A stretch of DNA of 64,000 nucleotides. It comes from Candidatus Amesbacteria bacterium GW2011_GWC2_45_19 (lineage in GTDB: Bacteria > Patescibacteriota > Microgenomatia > CAZETR01 > Amesbacteraceae). The position numbers and the translations under genes were made by a program. The notes under the pieces are model-generated. The model did no database searches. It worked only from the letters and a program-made list of their open reading frames with translations, and was not told the origin of the DNA. Positions 18,851 to 28,472 of this stretch are shown here, piece after piece. Numbering within the stretch: the stretch's first letter is position 1; each line of letters opens with the position of its first letter. Location: NCBI GenBank assembly GCA_001001555.1, contig LCKS01000002.1, positions 7,074-71,073 of the forward strand, read 5' to 3'.

Positions 18851-19888
18851 ATGGCGCTTTATTTAGGCATTTTAATTTTTTCGTTTATTGTTACCAGTAT
18901 TGCCATCGTCCCTTTCATTGATTATCTCTATCGTCTGCGTTTCACCAGGAGAGACGAACGGGCGGACATAACAGCCACTGATACCCCGGAATTCCGCAAA
19001 TTACACCAACTACATAGCAAAAAAGTCGGCACTCCCATCGGCGGGGGAGTACTTATTATCACTCTCGTTACTCTTCTTTACGCCTTACTTTTTCCCATTA
19101 TTAGCCGCCTGGGAGTGTATATCACCTCGGCTTTTCCCATTAAAGAGGAACTAAATATTATTTTCTTCACTTTTATATCTTTCGGCCTGCTGGGCCTCTA
19201 CGACGACATTATGAAAATATTCGGCTTTGCCAAAACCGGTTTTTTTGGCTTGCGGGTCAGACACAAACTGATTATTCAAATTCTTCTTTCCGTCACTATC
19301 GCCAGCATGCTCTTTTTTAACCTGCGTGTTCAAATTGTCAACATCCCCAACATTGGCATCTTAAATTTGGGATGGCTGTATATCCCCCTGGCCGCCTTTT
19401 TAATCACTGCTTTTACTAACTCCTTTGACTTCACTGACGGGTTGGACGGCCTGTCCTGCGGCGCCCTCCTGATCTGTCTGCTGGCCTTTTGGGCTCTAGC
19501 CGTGGCCTCTTTGGACACGCCGCTCTCAATTTTTATCGCCCTCTGGATTGGCGGTTTGATTGCCTTTTTGTACTTTAATGTCTACCCGGCCCGTATTTGG
19601 CTGGGTAATGCCGGGGGGCTGGCTTTTGGCGCTACCCTGGCAGTGGTAGGGTTGCTTTTGGGGAAAATAGTCGCCTTACTGGTCATCGGGGGCATATTTA
19701 TAGTTGAAGGTGGTAGCAGTTTTTTGCAAATTATGTCCCGTAAGCTGTTCAACCGCCGTGTCTTTCCCATTGCCCCTATCCATCACCTGTTGCAGGTCCG
19801 GGGTTGGGAAGAACCCAAAATTGTCATGCGGGCCTGGTTGGCCGGTATTATGTTAGCCATTTTTGGCCTGTGGCTCGCTCAGCTTTAA
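18851..19888 (+). CDS. mraY: phospho-N-acetylmuramoyl-pentapeptide transferase MraY
   Basis: NSFDFTDGLDGL motif and 10-TM topology. Confidence 0.9.
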   Translation: MALYLGILIFSFIVTSIAIVPFIDYLYRLRFTRRDERADITATDTPEFRKLHQLHSKKVGTPIGGGVLIITLVTLLYALLFPIISRLGVYITSAFPIKEELNIIFFTFISFGLLGLYDDIMKIFGFAKTGFFGLRVRHKLIIQILLSVTIASMLFFNLRVQIVNIPNIGILNLGWLYIPLAAFLITAFTNSFDFTDGLDGLSCGALLICLLAFWALAVASLDTPLSIFIALWIGGLIAFLYFNVYPARIWLGNAGGLAFGATLAVVGLLLGKIVALLVIGGIFIVEGGSSFLQIMSRKLFNRRVFPIAPIHHLLQVRGWEEPKIVMRAWLAGIMLAIFGLWLAQL

Positions 19889-20928
19889 CCATCACTCTCC
19901 TGGGTTTAGGACTCACCATCTTTGGTCTGCTGATGGTCGGCAGTTCATCGGTGGTAGATGCCGCCCGGGATTTTGGCGACAAGTGGTATTACCTCAAACT
20001 CCAATCCGGCTGGGCGGTCATGGGACTAGCCGGATTTTTTTTAATCTCCCGTTGGCCATATCAGAAACTGGAAAAACTCTCCGTCTCTTTATTGCTTATT
20101 ACTTTATTACTTCTTGTTCTCGTTCTCATCCCCGGTCTGGGATCCAAACTTCTGGGAGCGCGCCGCTGGTTAAGTTTAGGCTTTTTCAGTTTTCAACCCG
20201 CAGAGCTGGCTAAATTAACCCTGGCCATTTATTTTTCCAGTTTATTGAAAAAAGCCACCCGTTTCCGGCCGTTTATTATAGTTTTGGGGTTAACCGGCCT
20301 TTTAATTATGTTGGAACCGGATTTGGGCACAACTTTGATTTTGACCGGCAGCAGCTTACTCACCTATTTTGGCAGCGGAGGCCAACTGCGCTATCTGGGT
20401 CTGATAATTCCAGTTTTTATCATTGCCGCGGCCGCTCTCGTCTTTTTTTCTCCATACCGCCTTGACCGCCTGAAAACCTTTTTTGATTATTCCCGTGATC
20501 CCCTGGGGTCTTCTTATCACATCCGCCAGGTTCTCTTGAGCCTGGGATCGGGCGGCGTGTTTGGAGTGGGCTTAGGCCAATCCAAGCAAAAATATGAATT
20601 CCTGCCGGAAGCCACTACCGACTCCATTTTTGCCGTCATTGGTGAGGAACTGGGGTTGGTAGGGGGGTTGGTCGTCATCGCCGCGTTTCTGGTCTTTATG
20701 CGCCAAGGCTTCTTGATTGCTGCCTCCGCCCCCGATCAATTCGGGGCCAACCTGGTTCTGGCCCTGACCTCCTGGATTTCTCTGCAGGCCCTGGTTAATT
20801 TAGGCGCCATGGTAGCTATCATCCCCTTAACCGGCGTCCCCCTGCCCTTCATCTCCTACGGCGGCTCCTCCCTGGTCCTGGTTTTGCTGGCATCAGGTAT
20901 ACTAGTTAATATTGCCAAACAGAAGTGA
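19804..20928 (+). CDS. ftsW: SEDS-family peptidoglycan glycosyltransferase FtsW
   Basis: LEPDLGTTLIL and PLTGVPLPFISYGGSSL motifs, dcw position. ATG 19804 overlaps mraY by 85 nt (no alternative ATG before the first TM). Confidence 0.85.
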   Translation: MGRTQNCHAGLVGRYYVSHFWPVARSALTITLLGLGLTIFGLLMVGSSSVVDAARDFGDKWYYLKLQSGWAVMGLAGFFLISRWPYQKLEKLSVSLLLITLLLLVLVLIPGLGSKLLGARRWLSLGFFSFQPAELAKLTLAIYFSSLLKKATRFRPFIIVLGLTGLLIMLEPDLGTTLILTGSSLLTYFGSGGQLRYLGLIIPVFIIAAAALVFFSPYRLDRLKTFFDYSRDPLGSSYHIRQVLLSLGSGGVFGVGLGQSKQKYEFLPEATTDSIFAVIGEELGLVGGLVVIAAFLVFMRQGFLIAASAPDQFGANLVLALTSWISLQALVNLGAMVAIIPLTGVPLPFISYGGSSLVLVLLASGILVNIAKQK

Positions 20929-20946
20929 TATAATAAGTGCATTATT

Positions 20947-21186
20947 ATGAAAGTCAAGAAACTCGATTATCTTATTGAGTTAGTCTACGATAAAGCCTAT
21001 AAGGGTTATGTCGCTGAAGTAGTTAATCTCTATGGTTGTATGTCTCAGGGTAAAACTAAAAAGGAAGCATTAACAAACGTCGACAAAGCCATTAAAGCTT
21101 ATATGGAAGCATTAACCAAAGCTGATAAGGATACGGAATTTGTTCAACGAAGAGTCAACACTCCCGTTCCTCTGGCTTATGCCTAA
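20947..21186 (+). CDS. hicB: HicB-family antitoxin
   Basis: GYVAEVVNLYGCMSQGKTKKEALTNVDKAIKAYMEAL matches the HicB/UPF0150 RNase-H-like fold antitoxin family. Confidence 0.75.
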   Translation: MKVKKLDYLIELVYDKAYKGYVAEVVNLYGCMSQGKTKKEALTNVDKAIKAYMEALTKADKDTEFVQRRVNTPVPLAYA

Positions 21187-21400
21187 GCTGACGAATATTT
21201 CAGGCAGGAATGCAGTTAAAGCTTTTATCAAATTTGGTTACTTGCATGTACACACTTCTGGCGACCATGCAATCCTGCAAAAATCCGGATCTCCTAGCTT
21301 ATCTATACCTTTACACAGGGAAGTGGCTCCATTTCTCTTAAAATCTCAGGTCAAAAAAGCAGGTATTTCAATTGATGATTTCATTAAGGAGTTGAAGTAA
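21179..21400 (+). CDS. hicA: HicA-family mRNA interferase toxin
   Basis: AVKAFIKFGYLHVHTSGDHAILQKSG...IPLHREV...QVKKAGISIDDFIKEL is a YcfA/HicA-like dsRBD toxin. ORF opens at 21140; ATG 21179 overlaps hicB stop by 8 nt. Confidence 0.75.
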   Translation: MPKLTNISGRNAVKAFIKFGYLHVHTSGDHAILQKSGSPSLSIPLHREVAPFLLKSQVKKAGISIDDFIKELK

Positions 21401-21408
21401 AAGAATCG

Positions 21409-21472
21409 GTTCCTCCCTGGTCCTGATCCTCCTGGCCTCCGGCATTCTCGTCAACACCGCCCGCTGCTCATA
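21409..21472 (+). repeat. relic duplicate of the ftsW 3' end (in-frame ...SSLVLILLASGILVNTARCS*)
   Basis: 15-nt identical core TCCTCCCTGGTCCTG and amino-acid-level colinearity with ftsW 20863-20928; lies immediately after the hicBA insert. Confidence 0.7.
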
Positions 21473-21476
21473 GAAA

Positions 21477-21513
21477 ATTGACAAATAAAATGCGACCGCA
21501 TTATTTTTGTCAA
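21477..21513. terminator. 17-bp-arm inverted repeat TTGACAAATAAAATGCG-ac-CGCATTATTTTTGTCAA (terminator and/or operator upstream of murG)
   Basis: Near-perfect palindrome seen in the sequence, followed by a TGnTACAAT-like -10 before the murG GTG start. Confidence 0.5.
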
Positions 21514-21550
21514 ATAAAAGCATCATGGTCAATAATGTTACAATGAACTT

Positions 21551-22615
21551 GTGAAAACGTTGGTGTTTACCGGGGGGCATCATACGAGCGCTTTGGAAGT
21601 GGCCAAGGCGCTGAAAGACAAAGGATGGCAGATAGTTTGGTTCGGCCACCGCCACTCCATGTGGGAAGACAAGTTAGATTCTGCCGAATATCATGAAGTA
21701 ACAACCGCAGATATTAAATTTATTGATCTGAAAGCCGGCAAATTCTACCGGACTTTTAACCCTCTCAAACTCATCTCTATCCCATACGGCTTTTTTCAGG
21801 CCCTGTTACAGTTACTGTTACTGCGCCCAAACGGCATCGTCTCCTTCGGCGGCTACCTGGCCGTCCCTACCATTCTGGCCGGCTGGCTGCTGGGAATCCC
21901 GTCCATTACCCATGAGCAAACGGTTGTCTCCGGCTGGGCCAATAAATTTATTTCTCTCTTTGTTAAGAAAATAGCTCTGGCCTGGCCAGACAGCACCCGG
22001 CGCTACCCGCGCAGTAAATCCGTGGTTATCGGCCTGCCTCTCCGCGACGAAATAATCAGAATTAAAAAATATAATAGCTTCGCTGGAAAATTAAAAATTA
22101 AAAATTTGGTCTATATCACAGGAGGAAAACAAGGATCACAAACTATTAATAAGGCAGTTTTTGCCGCGCTTCCTAAATTGCTGGCCAGTTATCAGGTTGT
22201 ACATCAAACCGGAAATTTAGATTATTCCCCGGCCCGGTCCCATATTAAGGATGGATATGAGTGTTTCGCCTTTGACTCGGCTAAAGCCATATCTGCTCTG
22301 GCTCAAGCCGCGGTGGTCGTCAGCCGGGCCGGCGCCCACATTGTTTACGAATTGGGATATCTGGGAATTCCGTGTGTGTTAATTCCCATTCCGTGGGCCT
22401 CCCACAACGAACAACTCCTCAATGCCCAGATACTGGAGGGCAATCACCAAGCCGTTATTTTACCGGAATCTCAATTAACCCCCCAATCACTGATTTCTTC
22501 AATTAAACAAGCCATGCACTTAAAACCCCGCTCCCTGGATCTGCCCACTGACGCTGCCGAAAAACTGGTTCAAATTACAGCTAGCCTCTTTACAACCGCT
22601 GACCGTCAGAAGTAG
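21551..22615 (+). CDS. murG: undecaprenyldiphospho-muramoylpentapeptide beta-N-acetylglucosaminyltransferase MurG
   Basis: N-terminal LVFTGGHHTSALEVAKAL and GT28 C-terminal domain (ITGGKQGSQ); GTG start. Confidence 0.85.
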   Translation: MKTLVFTGGHHTSALEVAKALKDKGWQIVWFGHRHSMWEDKLDSAEYHEVTTADIKFIDLKAGKFYRTFNPLKLISIPYGFFQALLQLLLLRPNGIVSFGGYLAVPTILAGWLLGIPSITHEQTVVSGWANKFISLFVKKIALAWPDSTRRYPRSKSVVIGLPLRDEIIRIKKYNSFAGKLKIKNLVYITGGKQGSQTINKAVFAALPKLLASYQVVHQTGNLDYSPARSHIKDGYECFAFDSAKAISALAQAAVVVSRAGAHIVYELGYLGIPCVLIPIPWASHNEQLLNAQILEGNHQAVILPESQLTPQSLISSIKQAMHLKPRSLDLPTDAAEKLVQITASLFTTADRQK

Positions 22616-22631
22616 AATCCCATTATCAAGC

Positions 22632-23873
22632 ATGGCCAAGAGCAAACAAATAAGCTCTATCGACATTGGTAGCACCAAAATAACTACTTTGGTGGCCCAG
22701 ATCCGCGAAGAAGACTCGTCTAAAATTCACATTGTGGGAGCGGCCACCTCTCCGTCCAGAGGGATCCGTAAAGGTCAAATTGTTAATATCGACGAGGCAG
22801 TCGAAAGCATCGTTGAGTCGGTAGAATCGGCCGAACGCATGGCGGGTTATAATGTGGCCCGGGCCTGGGTCTCGGTAGACGGTACCCATATCGCCTCTCA
22901 AAATAGCCAAGGAGTGGTGGCCATTTCCGATCCTCACGGAGAAATATCCGGCGAGGATGTGCGTAGGGTTCTGGAAGCCGCCCGGGCTATTTCCCTGCCC
23001 ACTTCTTCTGAGATCCTCCACGTCATACCTCGTTCTTTTTCGGTGGATAGTCAGCAGGGGGTAAGGGATCCCATCGGCATGACCGGAGTTCGCCTGGAGG
23101 TGGAAACCCATATCGTTACCAGCTCGACTACTGCCCTTAAAAATTTGAGCAAATGTGTCGGTGAAGTGGGATGTGATGTTTCCGGATTGGCTTTCGGAGG
23201 CTTGGTTTCCAGCCTGGCGGTCCTCACCGACACCGAAAAGGAATTGGGGGTAGTATGTGTGGATATCGGCGGAGGTACCACCGATATCGTCATTTATGTT
23301 GACGGAGCTCTTTCCTATTCATCGGTTCTTCCCGTGGGCGCGCGAAACGTGACCAATGACCTAGCTATTGGACTGCGCATCTCTTTGGAAAGTGCCGAAA
23401 AAATAAAAGTCTTTATTAGCCAGAGCCGTAAAGACAAAGAAGACGAAATAGACCTTTCCCCCCTGGCTCTTCCCGAAGAATTGAAAACTATTTCCTACAA
23501 AACGTTGGTGGAGGGAATTATCCGCCCCCGTCTTAATGAGTTGTTTCAGATGATTTCTTCCGAGATAAAAAAAAGTAATTTGGCCGGGCTGACACCGGCG
23601 GGCCTGGTGATTTGCGGTGGTGGAGCCCTAACAGTGGGATTGGTTGATTCAGCCAAAAGGATTCTTAGCATGCCCGTGAGAATCGGCTGGCCTACCGGTT
23701 TAACCGGTTTAATTGACGAAATTGAGAGCCCGGCTTTTGCCGCATCTGTAGGACTTCTCAAGCATTCTTTGGACAATGCAGAAGAAGCCGGTTTGGGGAA
23801 TTTCCTGGACAAAATCCCGCTCACCGGATTGATGGGCAAAATCAGTAGTGCTCTTAAGTCTTTACTACCTTGA
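22632..23873 (+). CDS. ftsA: cell division protein FtsA
   Basis: Actin-like ATPase, IDIGSTKITTLVAQ and DIGGGTTDIVIY motifs; precedes ftsZ. Confidence 0.9.
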   Translation: MAKSKQISSIDIGSTKITTLVAQIREEDSSKIHIVGAATSPSRGIRKGQIVNIDEAVESIVESVESAERMAGYNVARAWVSVDGTHIASQNSQGVVAISDPHGEISGEDVRRVLEAARAISLPTSSEILHVIPRSFSVDSQQGVRDPIGMTGVRLEVETHIVTSSTTALKNLSKCVGEVGCDVSGLAFGGLVSSLAVLTDTEKELGVVCVDIGGGTTDIVIYVDGALSYSSVLPVGARNVTNDLAIGLRISLESAEKIKVFISQSRKDKEDEIDLSPLALPEELKTISYKTLVEGIIRPRLNELFQMISSEIKKSNLAGLTPAGLVICGGGALTVGLVDSAKRILSMPVRIGWPTGLTGLIDEIESPAFAASVGLLKHSLDNAEEAGLGNFLDKIPLTGLMGKISSALKSLLP

Positions 23874-23913
23874 GTTGCCCTGATACAATCAGACCCACTC
23901 CTGCCCGCTATGT

Positions 23914-25056
23914 ATGGCTTTAGTCAAACCTGACGTTGGCCGCTACGCCAAGATAAAAGTTTGTGGAATTGGTGGAGGAGGGGGGAACGCGCTTAACTCC
24001 ATGATTTCTTCGGGAACGATTAACGGAGTTGATTTTATTGCTGTTAATACTGACGCCCAAGTTCTTCTGACTAATCAAGCCAATCTCAAACTGCAAATTG
24101 GGGAAAATCTCACCCGGGGCTTGGGTGCCGGCGGGGACCCGGAGATTGGCCGCCAGGCTGCCGAAGAGTCCCGCGAAAAGATCAAGGAATATCTTATCGA
24201 TTCGGATATGGTTTTTATTACTGCCGGCATGGGAGGCGGAACCGGCTCCGGAGCCGCTCCGACAATCGCCGAAGTCGCCCGCGAAATTGGCGCTCTGACC
24301 GTGGGGATTGTCACCAAACCCTTCGCTTTTGAAGGTACTCGGCGCATGGTCAACGCTGAAGAGGGTATCGAGCAACTTAAAAACAAGGTTGACACTTTGA
24401 TCATTATCCCCAACCAGCGCCTCTTGGACGTCATTGACCGTAAAATGACTCTTTTAGAAGCTTTCCGGGTAGTGGATTCAGTTCTATCTCAAGGAGTACA
24501 AGGTATTTCGGATATTATTACCGTCCCTGGCCTTATTAACGTCGATTTCGCCGACGTCAAAACCATTATGAAAAATGCCGGATCTGCCCTGATGGGTATT
24601 GGGACCGGAGTGGGGGACAACCGGGCCCAGATGGCTGCCCGGGCTGCCGTTTCCTCCCCACTTCTGGAAATTTCCATCGAAGGCGCCAAGGGTATTCTCT
24701 TCAACATCACCGGGGGTCCGGATATGACCATGGCCGAAGTGGACGAGGCCGCCCGGATAATTTCCGAGGCCGCCGACGCTGACGCCAATATCATCTTCGG
24801 CTCTACTCTGGACGAAAAACTTATCGACCAGATGAAAATTACCGTCATTGCTACCGGCTTTGATGAGGCCCGGGTCCGTCTGGCCAACATGGTGACCCGT
24901 TCCCGCCCTGTGGCCGCCTCCGGCATGATCGGAATCGTTTCCGAAAAGCCCAAAGTCGAACCTGAACCCGAGCCTGAATCTTTCACTCCCCCGGACCTGG
25001 CCGAACCCATGGCCGACGATTGGGACATCCCAGCGTTTTTGAGGCAAGGGAGATGA
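23914..25056 (+). CDS. ftsZ: cell division GTPase FtsZ
   Basis: GGGTGSGAAP tubulin signature and C-terminal DIPAFLR peptide. Confidence 0.95.
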   Translation: MALVKPDVGRYAKIKVCGIGGGGGNALNSMISSGTINGVDFIAVNTDAQVLLTNQANLKLQIGENLTRGLGAGGDPEIGRQAAEESREKIKEYLIDSDMVFITAGMGGGTGSGAAPTIAEVAREIGALTVGIVTKPFAFEGTRRMVNAEEGIEQLKNKVDTLIIIPNQRLLDVIDRKMTLLEAFRVVDSVLSQGVQGISDIITVPGLINVDFADVKTIMKNAGSALMGIGTGVGDNRAQMAARAAVSSPLLEISIEGAKGILFNITGGPDMTMAEVDEAARIISEAADADANIIFGSTLDEKLIDQMKITVIATGFDEARVRLANMVTRSRPVAASGMIGIVSEKPKVEPEPEPESFTPPDLAEPMADDWDIPAFLRQGR

Positions 25057-25063
25057 CAGAATT

Positions 25064-25306
25064 ATGGTGAAAGAACTTATTTCCGGATTTTTTCATAAGC
25101 CAGATGGATCTGACGCGGACATTTTAGCCGCAAGCGCCCGTCGGAGCTTGTACTTATTAGCGTTCTCCATATCGATCCCAGCAATGTTCGTCGCAATGGT
25201 TGCCAAACCAGAGGCAGCGGCATTTTTAGTCAGATCTGAAGGTGTTTTTGCTATTGCTTTAAGCTTTGCATATATGATAGTCAGGCCTGGCAAACCAAGT
25301 TCATGA
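25064..25306 (+). CDS. hypothetical small membrane protein
   Basis: 80-aa ORF with two hydrophobic segments; followed by a 10-bp-stem hairpin (25325-25362). Confidence 0.25.
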   Translation: MVKELISGFFHKPDGSDADILAASARRSLYLLAFSISIPAMFVAMVAKPEAAAFLVRSEGVFAIALSFAYMIVRPGKPSS

Positions 25307-25349
25307 TATTTCTTTTAAAGAAGGGACACTCCTTTAAGGTTAGTCCTTT

Positions 25350-25601
25350 TTGGAGTGTCCCGAAAGTATTTACAAATTAAAGCGGTCGTATAAAAGAGAA
25401 CTTTATGCATGGGGTTTCGCTCTGGTTATAATCGCCACACCATTTATCTTAATAGCTAGGCCTGAAATATCAGGCTACACGCTTCAAAGAGATATTATAG
25501 CCATGATTGTCTTAGGACTTTTGTACCATCATCCGGGTTCTCAATTTGAGGAATGGGAAAGACTTGTCGTGAACAAAATTCAAGGTAAAAAACCTGTGTA
25601 A
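25350..25601 (+). CDS. hypothetical small membrane protein
   Basis: 83-aa ORF, two predicted TM helices. Confidence 0.25.
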   Translation: MECPESIYKLKRSYKRELYAWGFALVIIATPFILIARPEISGYTLQRDIIAMIVLGLLYHHPGSQFEEWERLVVNKIQGKKPV

Positions 25602-25646
25602 AGACGGACAAATACATTCGGGTTAGAATTTTGATAAAATCACTTC

Positions 25647-28472
25647 ATGGCTTTTAAACCGGTTACTCCTCAAGTTGATTTTGTGGTTTTGGAAAAAGAG
25701 CTGCTCAAAGAGTGGTATGAGAAAGGGATAGTCGATAAATATTTGCACAAGAACGATAACGCAAAAAAGAGATTCAGTTTTTTAGATGGGCCCATCACCG
25801 CCAACAATCCCATGGGCGTCCAGCACGGTCAAGGTCGCACTCTCAAAGATCTTTTTCAGCGTTACAAAAACGCCCGCGGTTTTAAGCAGCGTTTCCAGAA
25901 TGGTTTCGACTGCCAGGGACTTTGGCTGGAAGTTCAAGAAGAAAAAGACCTCGGGTTAAATAGCAAAAGAGACATTGAGACATTTGGGATCGAGAAATTC
26001 TGCACCAGGTGTCGTCAGAGAGTAGAAAAGTTTTCCCAGATTCAAACTGAGCAGTCAAAACGTTTAGGCATGTTTATGGACTGGGATAACTCTTACTACA
26101 CCATGTCCGAGACAAATAACCTTTACATTTGGTATTTTCTCAAAAAATGTCATGAGAAAGGATGGTTGTATGAAGGCGTGGATTCTATGCCGTGGTGTCC
26201 CCGTTGCGGTACAGCCATTAGCCAACACGAACTGTCTGATGATGGCTACAAGACAGTCGAACACATGTCAGTTTACGTCAAGTTCAAGCTCAAAAATGAG
26301 CCTCGAACTTCACTTCTGATTTGGACTACTACTCCGTGGACCTTGGCTGTCAATGTTGCAGTAGCCGTCCATCTCCAAAAAGACTATGTCAAAATCAAGC
26401 TTAACAGCACCAATGAATTTCTTATTCTCGCCGCTAGCCGCCTTTCGGTAATTGCCGAAAAATACGCGGTAGTTGAAAAATTTCAGGGTAAAAAACTCTT
26501 AAATGTCGAATATTTGGGCCCTTTTGACGAATTACCCGCTGTCAGTGGAACCACACATACCATCATCGAATGGAAAGAAGTCTCTGATGCTGAAGGCAGC
26601 GGCCTGGTGCACATTGCCCCGGGTGCGGGGGAAGAAGACTTTAGACTCGGCAAACAGTTTGGCTTGCGTGTGTTGGCCCCTTTAGATGAGTTTGGAATAT
26701 ACTCTGATGGTTATGGCTTTCTCACTGGCAAATTTGCCCTAGACGTTCGGAGTGAAATCTTCGCCAAACTCAAAGAAAAAAACCTCTTCTACAAACAAGA
26801 ATCGATCACCCATTCCTATCCCCATTGCTGGAGATGTAAACAGGAACTAGTTTTTCGGGCTACTTCCGAATGGTTTATTAGTGCTCAAGAAATTCGGCCA
26901 TTGATGAAAAAAGCCGCTAAAAAAGCCAATTGGCTGCCACCGTCCGCCCAAAAACGTATGCAGGACTGGTTAAACAACATGGGCGATTGGCCAATATCCC
27001 GTCGGCGATATTGGGGTCTCGCACTACCCTTTTATCAGTGTCAGGACAACCATGTCACAGTCGTTGGTTCTAAAACAGAGCTTCGGAGTTTGGCTATCAA
27101 CCCAAATTTGGTAGATAAACTGCCCGAACTCCACCGACCTTGGATTGACTCTATCAAAATCAGATGCCCCCAATGCAGTCAAGAGGCGGCTAGAACCAAA
27201 GAAGTGGGGGATTGCTGGCTAGACGCCGGAATCGTGCCATTTTCTACTTTGAAATATCTTGAAGATAAAAATTATTGGCGGGAGTGGTTTCCTACTGAAT
27301 TTATTACTGAATACATCGGCCAAATTAAACTCTGGTTTTACTCCACTCTCTTTATGTCAGTTGCTTTGGAAAATACTGTCCCTTGGAAAAATGTTTTGGC
27401 CACAGGATACATCATTGACGAAAAAGGTGAACCTATGCACAAGACCAAGGGCAATTATATTCCATTTGACGATGCCGCAGAAAAGATGGGGGTTGATGTA
27501 ATGCGCTGGATTTATGTTTCCAACAACCCCATCGAAAATATCAAGTTCGGCTACAAAATGGGCGACGAAATCCGCCGCCGCTTTCATCTCATTCTCTGGA
27601 ATGTCTACAACTTCTTCGTCACCTATGCCAATCTGGACCGATTTGATCCAAAATTAAAAATAACTATACCTTCGGATAAAAATTTTAAATTAAAAATTCT
27701 TGACGAGTGGATTCTGGCCCGATTAAATCAAACCATCACCATTGTAACCATAGGTTTAAATTCATACGATCCCTATTCTTCCAGTCACGCCATAGAAGAA
27801 TTATTAAGCGATATTTCTTTGTGGTATGTCCGCCGCAGCCGCGACCGCGTCGGTCCCACGGCCACTGATCAAAGCGATAAACTTGCGTGTCATTCCACTC
27901 TCTACTCTCTACTTTCTACTTTCTCCCAACTATTAGCTCCGTTCAATCCTTATATTTCAGATAGTATTTACAAAAATCTAACCGGGGTTGAATCAGTTCA
28001 CCTGTCAAACTGGCCCAAAGCCAGGAAATTGAGTAAAGCAGATATTCAGTTAACCGAAGATATGAAACTTGTGCGCAAAATAGTGGAAATGGGCCTATCT
28101 GAACGCAAAACAGCCGGGATGAAAGTCCGCCAGCCCCTGCGCGCTTTGCGCGTAAACGCCCAACGCTCAACGTTCAACGCTCAACTACTTCAACTCATCA
28201 AGGACGAACTGAACATTAAAGAAATAACCTGGCGTGAAGGTGAGTTGTCAGTAGATCTAGACTTGAAGCTGGATCCCGAATTATTAGCTGAAGGCCGGCT
28301 CCGCGGCCTCATCCGTCAGGTTCAGGAGAAACGCAAGGAGCTGGGCGCCCGTCTGGATCAAAAAATCCGTGTCACCCTACCCGAGCTTCCTATAGATCTG
28401 GCAGAATTTCAGCGTCAAACATTAGCCAGAGATGTAAAATCAGGACATGAGTTTCAAATCGAACTACTTTGA
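25647..28472 (+). CDS. ileS: isoleucine--tRNA ligase (class I aaRS, type-2-like)
   Basis: Class I HIGH-region (PITANNPMGVQHGQG), zinc knuckle WCPRCGT, DWPISRRRYWGLALP and KMSKS-like HKTKGNY motifs; 941 aa. Ile vs Val assignment is by motif resemblance only. Confidence 0.6.
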   Translation: MAFKPVTPQVDFVVLEKELLKEWYEKGIVDKYLHKNDNAKKRFSFLDGPITANNPMGVQHGQGRTLKDLFQRYKNARGFKQRFQNGFDCQGLWLEVQEEKDLGLNSKRDIETFGIEKFCTRCRQRVEKFSQIQTEQSKRLGMFMDWDNSYYTMSETNNLYIWYFLKKCHEKGWLYEGVDSMPWCPRCGTAISQHELSDDGYKTVEHMSVYVKFKLKNEPRTSLLIWTTTPWTLAVNVAVAVHLQKDYVKIKLNSTNEFLILAASRLSVIAEKYAVVEKFQGKKLLNVEYLGPFDELPAVSGTTHTIIEWKEVSDAEGSGLVHIAPGAGEEDFRLGKQFGLRVLAPLDEFGIYSDGYGFLTGKFALDVRSEIFAKLKEKNLFYKQESITHSYPHCWRCKQELVFRATSEWFISAQEIRPLMKKAAKKANWLPPSAQKRMQDWLNNMGDWPISRRRYWGLALPFYQCQDNHVTVVGSKTELRSLAINPNLVDKLPELHRPWIDSIKIRCPQCSQEAARTKEVGDCWLDAGIVPFSTLKYLEDKNYWREWFPTEFITEYIGQIKLWFYSTLFMSVALENTVPWKNVLATGYIIDEKGEPMHKTKGNYIPFDDAAEKMGVDVMRWIYVSNNPIENIKFGYKMGDEIRRRFHLILWNVYNFFVTYANLDRFDPKLKITIPSDKNFKLKILDEWILARLNQTITIVTIGLNSYDPYSSSHAIEELLSDISLWYVRRSRDRVGPTATDQSDKLACHSTLYSLLSTFSQLLAPFNPYISDSIYKNLTGVESVHLSNWPKARKLSKADIQLTEDMKLVRKIVEMGLSERKTAGMKVRQPLRALRVNAQRSTFNAQLLQLIKDELNIKEITWREGELSVDLDLKLDPELLAEGRLRGLIRQVQEKRKELGARLDQKIRVTLPELPIDLAEFQRQTLARDVKSGHEFQIELL

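Noticed and set aside
19863-20213. 116-aa plus-strand ORF inside ftsW (alternate frame)
   Set aside because: Arg/Gly-rich alternate-frame artefact; the ftsW frame carries the SEDS motifs.
23920-25047. Several long minus-strand ORFs (151, 119, 187 and 179 aa) antisense to ftsZ
   Set aside because: Typical antisense artefacts of a GC-rich, highly conserved gene; ftsZ on the plus strand is unambiguous.
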